A DNA stretch of 62,268 nt from an uncultured Gammaproteobacteria bacterium (GTDB lineage: Bacteria; Patescibacteriota; Patescibacteriia; Patescibacteriales; UBA12465): positions 1 to 62,268 of the forward strand of contig CAYTEZ010000001.1 in assembly GCA_964437025.1 (NCBI GenBank). The letters are read 5' to 3'. A program made the position numbers and the translations under genes. The notes under the pieces were generated by a model, which was not told where the DNA came from, ran no database searches, and saw only the letters and a list, made by a program, of their open reading frames with translations. This document shows, piece after piece, positions 8,264-17,279 of the stretch (the first letter of the stretch is position 1; each line of letters starts with the position of its first letter).

Positions 8264-9364
8264 ATGAAAATTGCCCAAGTGGTCTGCATCTATCCCCCTT
8301 CTACTGGTGGGATTGGAATGTCAGCTTTTAAACTCCATAAATCATTCAGCAAAGAACATGAGTCTGTGGTTTTTAGTATTTCCCATAAAAAAGAAATGGA
8401 AGAGAAAGAAAAAAATAATAAAGTAGTATATCTAAATCCATTCTTAAAACTTGGCTATGGTGCTGTCCCCTTTTCTCTTTTAAAAAGATTAAAAGATTTT
8501 GATCTAATATATTTTCACTACCCTTTCTTTGGTGCTGCCTGCATCATCTATCTCTTCAAATTATTACATCCTAAGAAAAAAATAATTATTCACTATCACA
8601 TGGATGTAAGGCATAAAAATATATTATTTAAAATCTTAAGTTGGCCGGAAGAATTAATAAAAAAATCTCTTTTCCAAAAAAGCACTGCCATTGTTAGTGC
8701 CTCACTTGATTATATTAAAAACAGTGAAATAAAAAATATATATCAGAAATATCAAAATAAATTTAAAGAAATTCCTTTTGCTATTAACACGGAAGAATTT
8801 AAAGCTAATATAGACAGCAAAGAAAACGTCTTGCTCTTTGTGGGCGGATTAGATAAAGCCCATTATTTTAAAGGCGTTGAAATACTAATTCAAGCTTTTA
8901 GTAAAATAGAAAACAAAGAATATCGTTTAAAAATAATTGGCGAAGGTGATCAGAAGGAAAAATTTGTAAAACTATGTCAGAAATTAGAGATAGATAATCG
9001 AGTAGAATTTTTAGGAAAACTAGAAAAAGATGAATTAATAAAAAACTATCAACAAGCCAAGGTTACAATTTTGCCATCAATTAATAGTAATGAAGCTTTT
9101 GGAATAGTTTTAATTGAATCGCTTGCTTGTGCCACTCCAGTTATTGCTTCTAATCTTCCGGGAGTTAGGTCGGTTTTTGAAGATGGAAAATCAGGTCTAA
9201 CGGTTGAGATAAATAACATCCCTGATTTAAAAGAAAAAATTGAAAGTTTGATAAATAATCCAGAAAAATTAACAAATATGGAAATAGAAGCTAGAAAACT
9301 AGCAGAAAATAAATATTCTCAAGAAAGATTTGAACAAAATATTCAAGAACTTCTAAATCTATGA
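8264..9364 (+). CDS. family 4 (GT-B) glycosyltransferase
   Basis: The C-terminal GT1/GT4 signature is present: LLFVGGLDKAHYFKG, ILPSINSNEAFGIVLIESLACATPVIASNLPG. Confidence 0.85.
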   Translation: MKIAQVVCIYPPSTGGIGMSAFKLHKSFSKEHESVVFSISHKKEMEEKEKNNKVVYLNPFLKLGYGAVPFSLLKRLKDFDLIYFHYPFFGAACIIYLFKLLHPKKKIIIHYHMDVRHKNILFKILSWPEELIKKSLFQKSTAIVSASLDYIKNSEIKNIYQKYQNKFKEIPFAINTEEFKANIDSKENVLLFVGGLDKAHYFKGVEILIQAFSKIENKEYRLKIIGEGDQKEKFVKLCQKLEIDNRVEFLGKLEKDELIKNYQQAKVTILPSINSNEAFGIVLIESLACATPVIASNLPGVRSVFEDGKSGLTVEINNIPDLKEKIESLINNPEKLTNMEIEARKLAENKYSQERFEQNIQELLNL

Positions 9365-10428
9365 AAATAGCTATAATCAACAACCTATACAAACCATATA
9401 ATAAGGGTGGGGCCGAAAGAGTTTGTGAATCCATGATTAAGGATCTACAAGCTTTAGGTCATTCCTGTTTTGTAATAAGCACTAAACCAAAAGATAAAAC
9501 AGAGATAAATAAAGATCCTCTAACATATTATCTACCATCTAGCTATTATAATCTCTCTACTAAATCTCTCCCCTATCGCTTGTTGTGGCAAATAGCTAAT
9601 CTCTTTAATTTCAATCAAAGAAAAAAATTAAAAAATATTTTATTAAACGAAAAGCCAGATTTAGTTATCACTAATAACTTAATGGGTATTGGTTTGCTAA
9701 CTTTTAGGATTATAAAAAAAATAGGTATTAAACAAGAACACATCTTACACGATGTTCAACTATTCTACCCTTCGGGTTTAATTATTTTTGGGCAAGAAAA
9801 AAAAGCTAATTCAAATTTAGCTAAAATATATCAGATAATAGTAAAAAAAATTATTGGCTCACCTGATACGGTTATTTCTCCTTCACATTGGCTACTAAAA
9901 GAACATATCAATAGAGGCTATTTTAAAAATAGCACAAAACAAGTTAGACCTAATCCAGTAAATATAGAAAAGATAACAACAGAAAAAAGAGAGAATAAAG
10001 AAATAACTGATTTTCTTTTTGTTGGTCAACTAGAAAAACATAAGGGTATTATTTTTCTAATAGAAACCTTCAAACAAATTGAAAAAGAAAATATAAGATT
10101 AAAAATAATAGGTTTAGGCACTCTAGAGGAAGAAATATTGGAGATGATAAAGGATGATAAACGATTTGAATTCTTAGGTAAAAAAGAACCTTTAGAACTG
10201 GCTATAGAATTACAAAGAAGTGACTGTTTAATTGTTCCTTCTCTTTGTTATGAGAACTCCCCTACTATCATCTATGAGGCTAAAAGCTTTGATCTACCGA
10301 TAATAGCCTCAGATTTGGGTGGAATACCAGAATTGATTAATAGAGCTCAGGAAGAGCTGTTTAAACCAGGAAATAAGGCTGATTTAATAGAAAAAATAGA
10401 GAAATTCATGAAAAATCCTAAAAAGTAA
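9361..10428 (+). CDS. family 4 (GT-B) glycosyltransferase
   Basis: FLFVGQLEKHKG and VPSLCYENSPTIIYEAKSFDLPIIASDLGGIPE. A 4-nt ATGA overlap with the preceding GT4 gene suggests translational coupling. Confidence 0.85.
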   Translation: MKIAIINNLYKPYNKGGAERVCESMIKDLQALGHSCFVISTKPKDKTEINKDPLTYYLPSSYYNLSTKSLPYRLLWQIANLFNFNQRKKLKNILLNEKPDLVITNNLMGIGLLTFRIIKKIGIKQEHILHDVQLFYPSGLIIFGQEKKANSNLAKIYQIIVKKIIGSPDTVISPSHWLLKEHINRGYFKNSTKQVRPNPVNIEKITTEKRENKEITDFLFVGQLEKHKGIIFLIETFKQIEKENIRLKIIGLGTLEEEILEMIKDDKRFEFLGKKEPLELAIELQRSDCLIVPSLCYENSPTIIYEAKSFDLPIIASDLGGIPELINRAQEELFKPGNKADLIEKIEKFMKNPKK

Positions 10429-10495
10429 GCTTATTTATACTATTGACTTATATTTAAAGTTATGATATAATCTCTAGGCGTTAAAAAAAGAGGTT

Positions 10496-10729
10496 ATGGA
10501 AGAAAAAAAAATAATTCCCAACAAGGAATTAATCGAAAGAGCTAGAGACGTAGTAAATTTTGGTTTTGATAAAAACACAAACAAAAAAAACTCACAACAA
10601 CTAAAAGAACTACTAGAAAAATTTAGAAATGAACTACCTCCAACGCTAAAAAAAGACAATTATACAAATGAAGGGCTATATCAATTAGCTCAAGATATTT
10701 TTGTCAAACAAATAAAAGAAGGTCTTTGA
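10496..10729 (+). CDS. small hypothetical protein (77 aa)
   Basis: ORF track. An SD-like AGAGG lies 4 nt upstream of the ATG. The protein is hydrophilic and helical. I recognise no family. Confidence 0.45.
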   Translation: MEEKKIIPNKELIERARDVVNFGFDKNTNKKNSQQLKELLEKFRNELPPTLKKDNYTNEGLYQLAQDIFVKQIKEGL

Positions 10730-10748
10730 AAAAAGACCTTATTTTTTT
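10719..10748. terminator. bidirectional terminator hairpin overlapping both convergent stop codons
   Basis: AAGGTCTT-TGAAAA-AAGACCTT has 8-bp arms at 10719-10726 and 10733-10740. ATTTTTTT follows on the plus strand. Confidence 0.5.
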
Positions 10749-11476
10749 AATTCTTCTTTTATTTTTTCTGATAGAACTGTTAAATCTTCATACATTTCAA
10801 GAGCCCAATTAGCAATATAACCCCTTTCAGCTAAAGGATCGGTGCGAACATTATCTAAATCAAAAAATATATCTCTTTTGTTAGGAAAAGAATAATATTC
10901 TCTCTGGCTCATCAAATTTTTTAATTCCTCTCGACTCAAATCTTTTCTGTCCATAGCCTTAGCTTCTTCCTCTAGGCGAAGCTCTTCTGGAAAGTCTTTG
11001 TTAAAATTAATATTAATAATTTTAATCAACATTTTTAAATCTGATATTAAAGCATTGTGATAAATTCTTCTCAATCCATCTGACTTTTCAACCACTGACT
11101 GATATTGATCTAAATCTTCATAACTTTCCTTTTTTTCTACCTGCAATATAGCAACTTGTGATAAATATTTTTTTATATCTTCCAAAATTTTAGAGAATGT
11201 TTTTATGGCCACATCTTTTCTCATATTTAAAATCTGAGATTCTTTTTGATTACCAGAAAACTCTAGCTTTAAACTCGCCGCTTTTACCAGCTCTAAAGAA
11301 TGATAAAATCGTTTAGAAATTTCTCCTAAATTCTCTTCCTCTTCTAGTTTGTTCTCTTTATTACCAAACTCTGTTTTAGGATCAAGTTTACCTTCACTCC
11401 TTATTTCTCTTCTGTCCTCATCGGAAATGCCTTCATTTTTTTTCAAATCTCTAAAATATTTAAAAAGGTCTTCCAT
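10739..11476 (-). CDS. hypothetical helical, charged protein (245 aa); last gene of the MNT/HEPN-led operon
   Basis: ORF track. It is rich in E, K and D, with no TM segment. I cannot name any motif. Confidence 0.55.
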   Translation of the reverse strand: MEDLFKYFRDLKKNEGISDEDRREIRSEGKLDPKTEFGNKENKLEEEENLGEISKRFYHSLELVKAASLKLEFSGNQKESQILNMRKDVAIKTFSKILEDIKKYLSQVAILQVEKKESYEDLDQYQSVVEKSDGLRRIYHNALISDLKMLIKIININFNKDFPEELRLEEEAKAMDRKDLSREELKNLMSQREYYSFPNKRDIFFDLDNVRTDPLAERGYIANWALEMYEDLTVLSEKIKEELKK

Positions 11477-11518
11477 ATTATTTATTGTTAATTTTAAAAT
11501 ATTATATTTAATAAAAGA

Positions 11519-12169
11519 TTACCTCTGCAAAACCAATTCACCAGTAGACAACGCATCGTCATAAGACGAACAATAAGGCCAAGGGTTATCCAAAACATCT
11601 TCCGAATCAAAAATAAACACCAAACAATCACTTGGTATGTCTTTATTATAATTACTTGTTAAAATATAATCAAAATATTTCCACATAATCTGCGAATAGA
11701 CAGGCCATGGTTTTGTTGACGCTTCAACTCTATAGTGTAATATATAAAGATTAGCCTCCTTTCCGTTACAAATGTCTCCAGATCTAAATTCACGTAAACC
11801 AGATTCAGTTGGCACAACAAAAAAATTTTTATTTTCATCTGAAGATTCTAAAGTACCACCAGCCGCATCAAAAAAAGAAGCCAAAGAAAGATCTTCAATA
11901 TTCGAGGGTGAACCACTAACTATAATGCTACCTGGCTTACTTAATTCAAATAAAGAATTTCTTTTTGTTTTCAGTAATTTTGAATCTGGCTTTAAAAAAA
12001 TCTCCTCACCACAAGCAAATATTCTATAATCAGTCTTTGATATAATTTGTTTTTCTATCAAAAATTGATTTTTATTTTTTGAAACAAAAAAAACCAATAC
12101 TAGTATAAATAATATTATGATAGTACTTATAATTACTGACTTATAAATATTTTTTTTTATAAATTTCAT
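11519..12169 (-). CDS. hypothetical membrane-anchored extracytoplasmic protein (216 aa, 4 Cys)
   Basis: It has an N-terminal anchor (IYKSVIISTIIILFILVLVFFV) followed by a hydrophilic domain with four cysteines (FACGEE, DICNGK, SDCLVF, PYCSS). Its start lies 2 nt after the stop of the upstream gene. Confidence 0.6.
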   Translation of the reverse strand: MKFIKKNIYKSVIISTIIILFILVLVFFVSKNKNQFLIEKQIISKTDYRIFACGEEIFLKPDSKLLKTKRNSLFELSKPGSIIVSGSPSNIEDLSLASFFDAAGGTLESSDENKNFFVVPTESGLREFRSGDICNGKEANLYILHYRVEASTKPWPVYSQIMWKYFDYILTSNYNKDIPSDCLVFIFDSEDVLDNPWPYCSSYDDALSTGELVLQR

Positions 12170-12171
12170 AA

Positions 12172-13140
12172 TTACTTTATTACTTCAAGAACACCTATAC
12201 TTAAAAAATCACCTTTACGAGCTTTAATTAATTTGTCATATATCTCATTCCATTTTTCGACCTCAGTTACTGTGACGCAACCTAAGGATCGACTACCTGT
12301 ATGTAAATATCTTTCTCCTTCGTGTCCAATTCTAAACCAAGTTTTTGCTCTAGATGATTTATTTAAATAATACTGGCCACCCGAATGAGGATAATCTGGT
12401 AATTCAATATCATACCAACCTACTTCTAATGGATAGTCCGGATAATCGACAACATTATATTTTTTAGCTCCAATAATTAACTTTTTTTTAGAAATAGAAT
12501 ACTGAATATGAGCTGAGGGCTCATATTCAATATCGGTCAAAAGTCTTGAAATATTATTATTTTCATTGCTTAAACTAACCGAGGCCTTGCTATCCTTGTA
12601 CAAACCTTCCAATATTTTAAAATATTCCCGCCCTTCCTTAATATTTTCTGGCTGCACTTCCAAAAAAGCTGGTAAAGAAACCAAGTCTCCATTTTCCATT
12701 TTGACCTTAAGCCAACCATCACCAATATCAGGTATATATTTTATCGGTTCAACAGCAGAGGCTTCAATAGTAATTTCAAATTTTGCAATTGACTTACCCC
12801 AATTTTTCAAAAAACGCTTTTCACGAAGCTCAATCATATAATCAAATTTTTGTTGTTTAAAATTTTTCATATCAATATTAATCGAATTTTCGGTACTGCC
12901 CATATCATTAAACAAAACATCTTTTTCAACAACAACAATTTTTACTTTAGTTTTAAAAAATTTTTGGTCAATCGAAAAAGAACCTATTTCCTTTTCAAGC
13001 TCCACCACATCTCCAACTTTAATTCTTTTATCAATTTTTAAATTTCTATCGAGTATATCAATATTTATGCAAACATTTCTGCCAATTGATTTGCCTATAT
13101 ATTTTATTTTTGTGAGATTAAATTGAACCTTCTTAAACAT
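12172..13140 (-). CDS. hypothetical protein (322 aa) whose C-terminus resembles the L,D-transpeptidase-fold catalytic motif (YkuD / DUF2778-Tlde1-like)
   Basis: The C-terminal segment is WFRIGHEGERYLHTGSRSLGCVTVTEVEKWNEIYDKLIKA. It contains H-x12-S-x-G-C-V, close to the YkuD H-x(14-17)-[ST]-x-G-C-[IV] motif and to the DUF2778 pattern. The N-terminal ~230 aa are unrecognised and there is no signal peptide. The domain call is tentative. Confidence 0.55.
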   Translation of the reverse strand: MFKKVQFNLTKIKYIGKSIGRNVCINIDILDRNLKIDKRIKVGDVVELEKEIGSFSIDQKFFKTKVKIVVVEKDVLFNDMGSTENSINIDMKNFKQQKFDYMIELREKRFLKNWGKSIAKFEITIEASAVEPIKYIPDIGDGWLKVKMENGDLVSLPAFLEVQPENIKEGREYFKILEGLYKDSKASVSLSNENNNISRLLTDIEYEPSAHIQYSISKKKLIIGAKKYNVVDYPDYPLEVGWYDIELPDYPHSGGQYYLNKSSRAKTWFRIGHEGERYLHTGSRSLGCVTVTEVEKWNEIYDKLIKARKGDFLSIGVLEVIK

Positions 13141-13154
13141 ATTATTTTTTATTT

Positions 13155-13634
13155 TTAAAAATTTAATATACCTTGCTTATTTAAAATCAATTTTAATTCC
13201 TTAATTTTAGCTATCAAAACACCAGCATCTATATATGCTTGTTTTAATTCTACTTCAGAAATTCCAACAAAATCTCCATATTCAATTTGATTTCTTTTTT
13301 TTCTCATTTGTTGGAATCTTTTAAATTCATTAGCAAGCTGACCATCAAGCAAAATTGCAGCAGTATTAATCACAATATAGTGATGTCCCTCTCCGCTTGT
13401 TTTAGCTCTATATCCATTAATTAAAAGCACTGCCTCGCAAGCAATTCTGACTGAATCATAAATATTATTGTAAACAATATCACCATCGCCCATTGTCAGA
13501 CCGGATAAATTTTTATAAGAAAAATCATACAATCTCTCAGCCTTTTTAATCTTTGTTTCAATAAGTTTTAAACTTAAAGAAAAAGGCTCAATTAAGTTAT
13601 TGTTTAATAATGTTTGAAATTCCTTCGAATTCAT
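13155..13634 (-). CDS. HEPN domain protein (UPF0332-like), putative toxin partner of the upstream nucleotidyltransferase
   Basis: 159 aa and all-helical, with EGHHYIV ... FQQMRKKRNQIEYGD matching the H...R-x-x-x-x-Y pattern of MNT-associated HEPN proteins. It overlaps the MNT gene by 38 nt. Confidence 0.7.
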   Translation of the reverse strand: MNSKEFQTLLNNNLIEPFSLSLKLIETKIKKAERLYDFSYKNLSGLTMGDGDIVYNNIYDSVRIACEAVLLINGYRAKTSGEGHHYIVINTAAILLDGQLANEFKRFQQMRKKRNQIEYGDFVGISEVELKQAYIDAGVLIAKIKELKLILNKQGILNF

Positions 13635-14187
13635 AAGGGTCTCCTTTTAATTTAATAATTGGCGATAAAAAAATATTAGATATAAAACCGTCTCGTTCTT
13701 TAATCTTTTTAGTAATTTCTTTCCTACTATAAATATGATAATTTATTTCTCTAGAAATTTTACTTTCCACTGAACTTAAAAGGGGTGTAAAAATATTTTG
13801 ATCTACATCCCCAATTAACATTAAATCAACATCACTATTACTATTTTCCTTACCCTTAGCAATAGACCCAAATATAAAAGCACATTCAACATCGCCAAGC
13901 TTATCAACTATTTCTTTAAGTTCATTTTCCAAACCAACAGTTTTAGAGACAATACTTTTTATTTCCTCATAAAGCGGGTGCTCTTTATTTAATCTAAAAA
14001 ATCGCATATTACCACGACGATTATCTAACAATATTTTATCCTCAACCAGTCTATCTAAATATTTTTGATAATAACTGGGTTCTTTATTTAAAATTTTAGA
14101 AATTTCTCTAAAATAATACTCTTTTTCGGTATCCTTAAAAAAAAGCTTAAGAATTTCGCCTCCTCCATTTTTTAAAAAATTTAACAT
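13597..14187 (-). CDS. minimal nucleotidyltransferase (MNT) with an N-terminal winged-helix DNA-binding domain
   Basis: The nucleotidyltransferase motif is FIFGSIAKGKENSNSDVDLMLIGD (GS-x9-11-D-x-D). The N-terminal ~90 aa look ArsR/wHTH-like (YYFREISKILNKEPSYYQKYLDRLVEDKIL). Confidence 0.85.
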   Translation of the reverse strand: MLNFLKNGGGEILKLFFKDTEKEYYFREISKILNKEPSYYQKYLDRLVEDKILLDNRRGNMRFFRLNKEHPLYEEIKSIVSKTVGLENELKEIVDKLGDVECAFIFGSIAKGKENSNSDVDLMLIGDVDQNIFTPLLSSVESKISREINYHIYSRKEITKKIKERDGFISNIFLSPIIKLKGDPYEFEGISNIIKQ

Positions 14188-14227
14188 ATAAATACTTAAT
14201 TATTTCATTTTGGTTTATCTCATCTAT

Positions 14228-14271
14228 ATTATACATATTTTATGTACAATTGTAAATACTTTGTGTACAAT
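14228..14271 (-). promoter_or_regulatory. putative MNT/HEPN operon promoter with candidate operator repeats
   Basis: The minus strand reads TTTACA (14251-14256), a 17-nt spacer, then TATAAT (14228-14233). The 8-mer TGTACAAT occurs at 14243-14250 and 14264-14271, a 21-bp spacing. The perfect palindrome TACAATTGTA (14245-14254) spans the -35 edge. Confidence 0.4.
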
Positions 14272-14284
14272 ACCTTAAATACTT

Positions 14285-14313
14285 CAAAAAATGACCAAAT
14301 TACTGGTCATTTT
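14285..14313 (-). terminator. intrinsic terminator of hisS
   Basis: Minus-strand RNA AAAAUGACCA-GUAAUU-UGGUCAUUUU is followed by UUGAAG. The stem is at least 8 bp. Confidence 0.6.
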
Positions 14314-14324
14314 ATAGTCTTTTA

Positions 14325-15608
14325 TTATTTAATCTTAACACTAGTCTCTTTCCCGCTCTTCATATCCTTAACTTTATATTTCTTAGACTTAAACTCATCT
14401 TCACCTAAAATCACAACATAACCTAAATTGTTTTTATTAGCATACTCTAGGGCTTTAGGAATTTTAGTTAGATTTAAACCTAACTCTACTTTCTTCCCTT
14501 CCTTCCTCATATTGCTGGCAAGCAACAACATAGTCTTATCATACTCCTCTTTAAGAAGTGGTAAATAATAGACATCTTTTTTGCTTTCAATTTTTGGCAA
14601 TATATTCCAGGACTCTAAAAATAATTTAAAAGTTTCATCACCTGGAGCAAAACCAATAGCTGGGAAATTATTAGAACCAAAAATATTAGCCAAACCATTA
14701 TATCTACCTCCACCAAACATCGCTCGATTATTGTCTGGATGTTTATCAAAAACTTCAAAAACTAAACCATCATAGTAATCAAAACCACGGATAATATCTG
14801 GGCTAAAGATAACATATTTGTCATAAGAAACAGATTTTAATTTATCCATGATATTTTTTAAAAACACTACGGCATAGGAATCGGCAATTTCTGGGATATC
14901 ATCAACCAAATCATTCAAACTAGAGGAAGAAATAAATTTGATAACTCTATCAATCTGTTCACTTTTTAAACCAAGATTTTCCATTTCAGTGATAAAATCA
15001 CTATCCTTTAATTTCTTATTCTTATCCATCAACCTAACTAAATTTAGTCTCTGTTCTTTCTTAACCTTAATAGCATCAAACAAGGCCTCGATAAGTCCAC
15101 GATGACTTATTTTTAGAATAAAGGAATCTTTTGGTGGGTTAAAAGACAAAACTAAATCAATACTTAATTGAAGTATTTCTAAATCTGACAATATACTTTC
15201 TTCACCAAAAATATCACAATTCAATTGCCAAAATTCACGATTACGGCCTCGTTGTGGTTTTTCATTACGAATAAAGTTGGCAATAGAAAATAATTTCAAA
15301 GGCTTGGGTGCAGTTGGATAAATTTTAGAAACCATTCGAACAATACTAGGTGTCATTTCTGGTCTAATAGCTAATTCCCTTCCACCTTGATCAACAAAAA
15401 TCATTAATTCTTTTCCAGAAATATCTTCACCTGATTTAGCCCGATAAATCTCAGCATTTTCTAAAAGCGGACTTAAATATTCTGAAAAACCATAGGACAA
15501 ACAAACTTGACGCCATTTATCAAAAATATACTTACGAAAATTAAATTCCTCGGGAAACCAATCTCTAGTTCCCTTCACTTCTTGGTTAGAAATGTTTTTT
15601 CCTGCCAT
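14325..15608 (-). CDS. hisS: histidine--tRNA ligase
   Basis: N-terminal VKGTRDWFPEE, class II motifs (IRPEMTPS, FRNEKPQRGRNREFWQ, GGGRYNGL) and a C-terminal anticodon-binding domain. Confidence 0.9.
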   Translation of the reverse strand: MAGKNISNQEVKGTRDWFPEEFNFRKYIFDKWRQVCLSYGFSEYLSPLLENAEIYRAKSGEDISGKELMIFVDQGGRELAIRPEMTPSIVRMVSKIYPTAPKPLKLFSIANFIRNEKPQRGRNREFWQLNCDIFGEESILSDLEILQLSIDLVLSFNPPKDSFILKISHRGLIEALFDAIKVKKEQRLNLVRLMDKNKKLKDSDFITEMENLGLKSEQIDRVIKFISSSSLNDLVDDIPEIADSYAVVFLKNIMDKLKSVSYDKYVIFSPDIIRGFDYYDGLVFEVFDKHPDNNRAMFGGGRYNGLANIFGSNNFPAIGFAPGDETFKLFLESWNILPKIESKKDVYYLPLLKEEYDKTMLLLASNMRKEGKKVELGLNLTKIPKALEYANKNNLGYVVILGEDEFKSKKYKVKDMKSGKETSVKIK

Positions 15609-15623
15609 ATTTTTTTATTTAAT

Positions 15624-16349
15624 TTAAATCACTAATTTATCTTGTAATTTTTCTTTAGCTAAAATCTGAGCTTCTAACAAACTATCAAAAGTTCCAGCAT
15701 CGATCCAAGCTCCATCTACCATTGCTACATCTAATTGACCATTGGCTAGATAGGTTTTATTAACATCAGTAATCTCTAATTCTCCTCGGCCTGATGGTTT
15801 TAAATTTTTAGCAATGTTTACAACTTGGCTATCATAAACATATAATCCGGTAACACAATAATTTGATTTAGGATTTTCTGGTTTTTCTTCAATAGATATA
15901 GCTTTATTATTTTCATCAAACTCCACTACTCCAAAACGTTGTGGGTCTGGTACTCTTTTAGCAAAAACTTTAGCTCCACTTTTAAAATTCTTAATATCCT
16001 CAGAAAAATCATCTTCGAAGATATTATCACCCAGTATCATACAAACACTATCCTCATCAATAAATCTCTCACCGATGATAAACGCCTGGGCTAAACCTTC
16101 TGGCTTGTCCTGCACCTCATAACTAAACTTTACTCCAAAATCTTTGCCACTACCAAGTAGATTTAAATAATGACCGGCTTGTTCTGGGGCTACAATAATT
16201 AAAATATCCTTAATACCAGCTTTAATCAAAGTATTTAGCGGATAATAAATCATCGGCCGATTATAGACCGGGAGTAATTGTTTTGATGTAACCTTAGTAC
16301 AAGGTCGAAGTCTAGTAGCGCTACCACCAGACAAAATAATTCCTTTCAT
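15624..16349 (-). CDS. rfbA: glucose-1-phosphate thymidylyltransferase (short form sugar nucleotidyltransferase)
   Basis: [38 protein letters not shown], plus its position in an rmlC-B-D-A operon. At 241 aa it is shorter than the classical ~290-aa RmlA. Confidence 0.8.
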   Translation of the reverse strand: MKGIILSGGSATRLRPCTKVTSKQLLPVYNRPMIYYPLNTLIKAGIKDILIIVAPEQAGHYLNLLGSGKDFGVKFSYEVQDKPEGLAQAFIIGERFIDEDSVCMILGDNIFEDDFSEDIKNFKSGAKVFAKRVPDPQRFGVVEFDENNKAISIEEKPENPKSNYCVTGLYVYDSQVVNIAKNLKPSGRGELEITDVNKTYLANGQLDVAMVDGAWIDAGTFDSLLEAQILAKEKLQDKLVI

Positions 16350-16354
16350 ATTTT

Positions 16355-17275
16355 TTAATTAATATTATTTATATATTCTTTTAAAGCCTCCTTCCAACTA
16401 CGTAAGGCTGGTAATTTAGTATTAGCTAAAACTGAATATTTTGGTCTTTTAGCAGGACGAGGAAACTCATCAGCTGAAACTGGGATAGTGAGAACCCTTA
16501 TTCCTTTAAGGCGGAAAAGTTCTACCGCTGCATCATACCAAATAGCTGGGTCATTATTTCGAACATGATATATTCCCCATTCTTTTTTATCCCTTAATAT
16601 ATTAACAGTTTGTTTGGCTAAGTCTGGAGTATAGGTAAAGCAACTAAGTTCTTCTCCTACCACCTTCAAAGTACTCTGAGTTTGGGAAATTTTTAACATC
16701 AAATCAAAAAAGTTCTCTTTAGCATCGGGCGATTTACCCTTAGGGCCAAATAATTTTGAAGTTCGAATAATATAATATTTTAATTTTCTTTCAGCTAATT
16801 TTAAAATTTCATTCTCCCCCATTAATTTTGTCTCACCATAACGATTAATAGGACAAGGGGTATCACTTTCTTTAAAACCACCCTTTTCTTTAAATTCTAA
16901 CAAACATTCTTCAGCACAATTATCATCTTGGCAAGTATCACCACCAAAAACATAATCGGTTGAATAATGAATTAAGATAGCATCATTTTTTAAAGCTGCT
17001 CGGCCTAAATAGCGCAAAGTTTCTCCATTTATTTTCTTAGCTATCTGATACTCTTTATCAAACTCTTCACATTTATCAACCGCATTATAGGCAGTAGCGT
17101 TGATGATAATATTAGGCTTAACTTTTGTTATCTTAGGAACTATTAAATCCTGCTCTAACAAATTTAAATCTTCCTTAGTATAGGAAATTATTTCGTAATC
17201 ATCATACTTTTCTAACTCTAATCTCAATTGCTCACCTAAATTACCGTCAGCTCCTAAAAGCAAAATTTTTTCCAT
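16355..17275 (-). CDS. rfbD: dTDP-4-dehydrorhamnose reductase
   Basis: [11 protein letters not shown] Rossmann start, the STDYVFGG motif and operon context. Confidence 0.85.
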   Translation of the reverse strand: MEKILLLGADGNLGEQLRLELEKYDDYEIISYTKEDLNLLEQDLIVPKITKVKPNIIINATAYNAVDKCEEFDKEYQIAKKINGETLRYLGRAALKNDAILIHYSTDYVFGGDTCQDDNCAEECLLEFKEKGGFKESDTPCPINRYGETKLMGENEILKLAERKLKYYIIRTSKLFGPKGKSPDAKENFFDLMLKISQTQSTLKVVGEELSCFTYTPDLAKQTVNILRDKKEWGIYHVRNNDPAIWYDAAVELFRLKGIRVLTIPVSADEFPRPAKRPKYSVLANTKLPALRSWKEALKEYINNIN

Positions 17276-17279
17276 AAGA

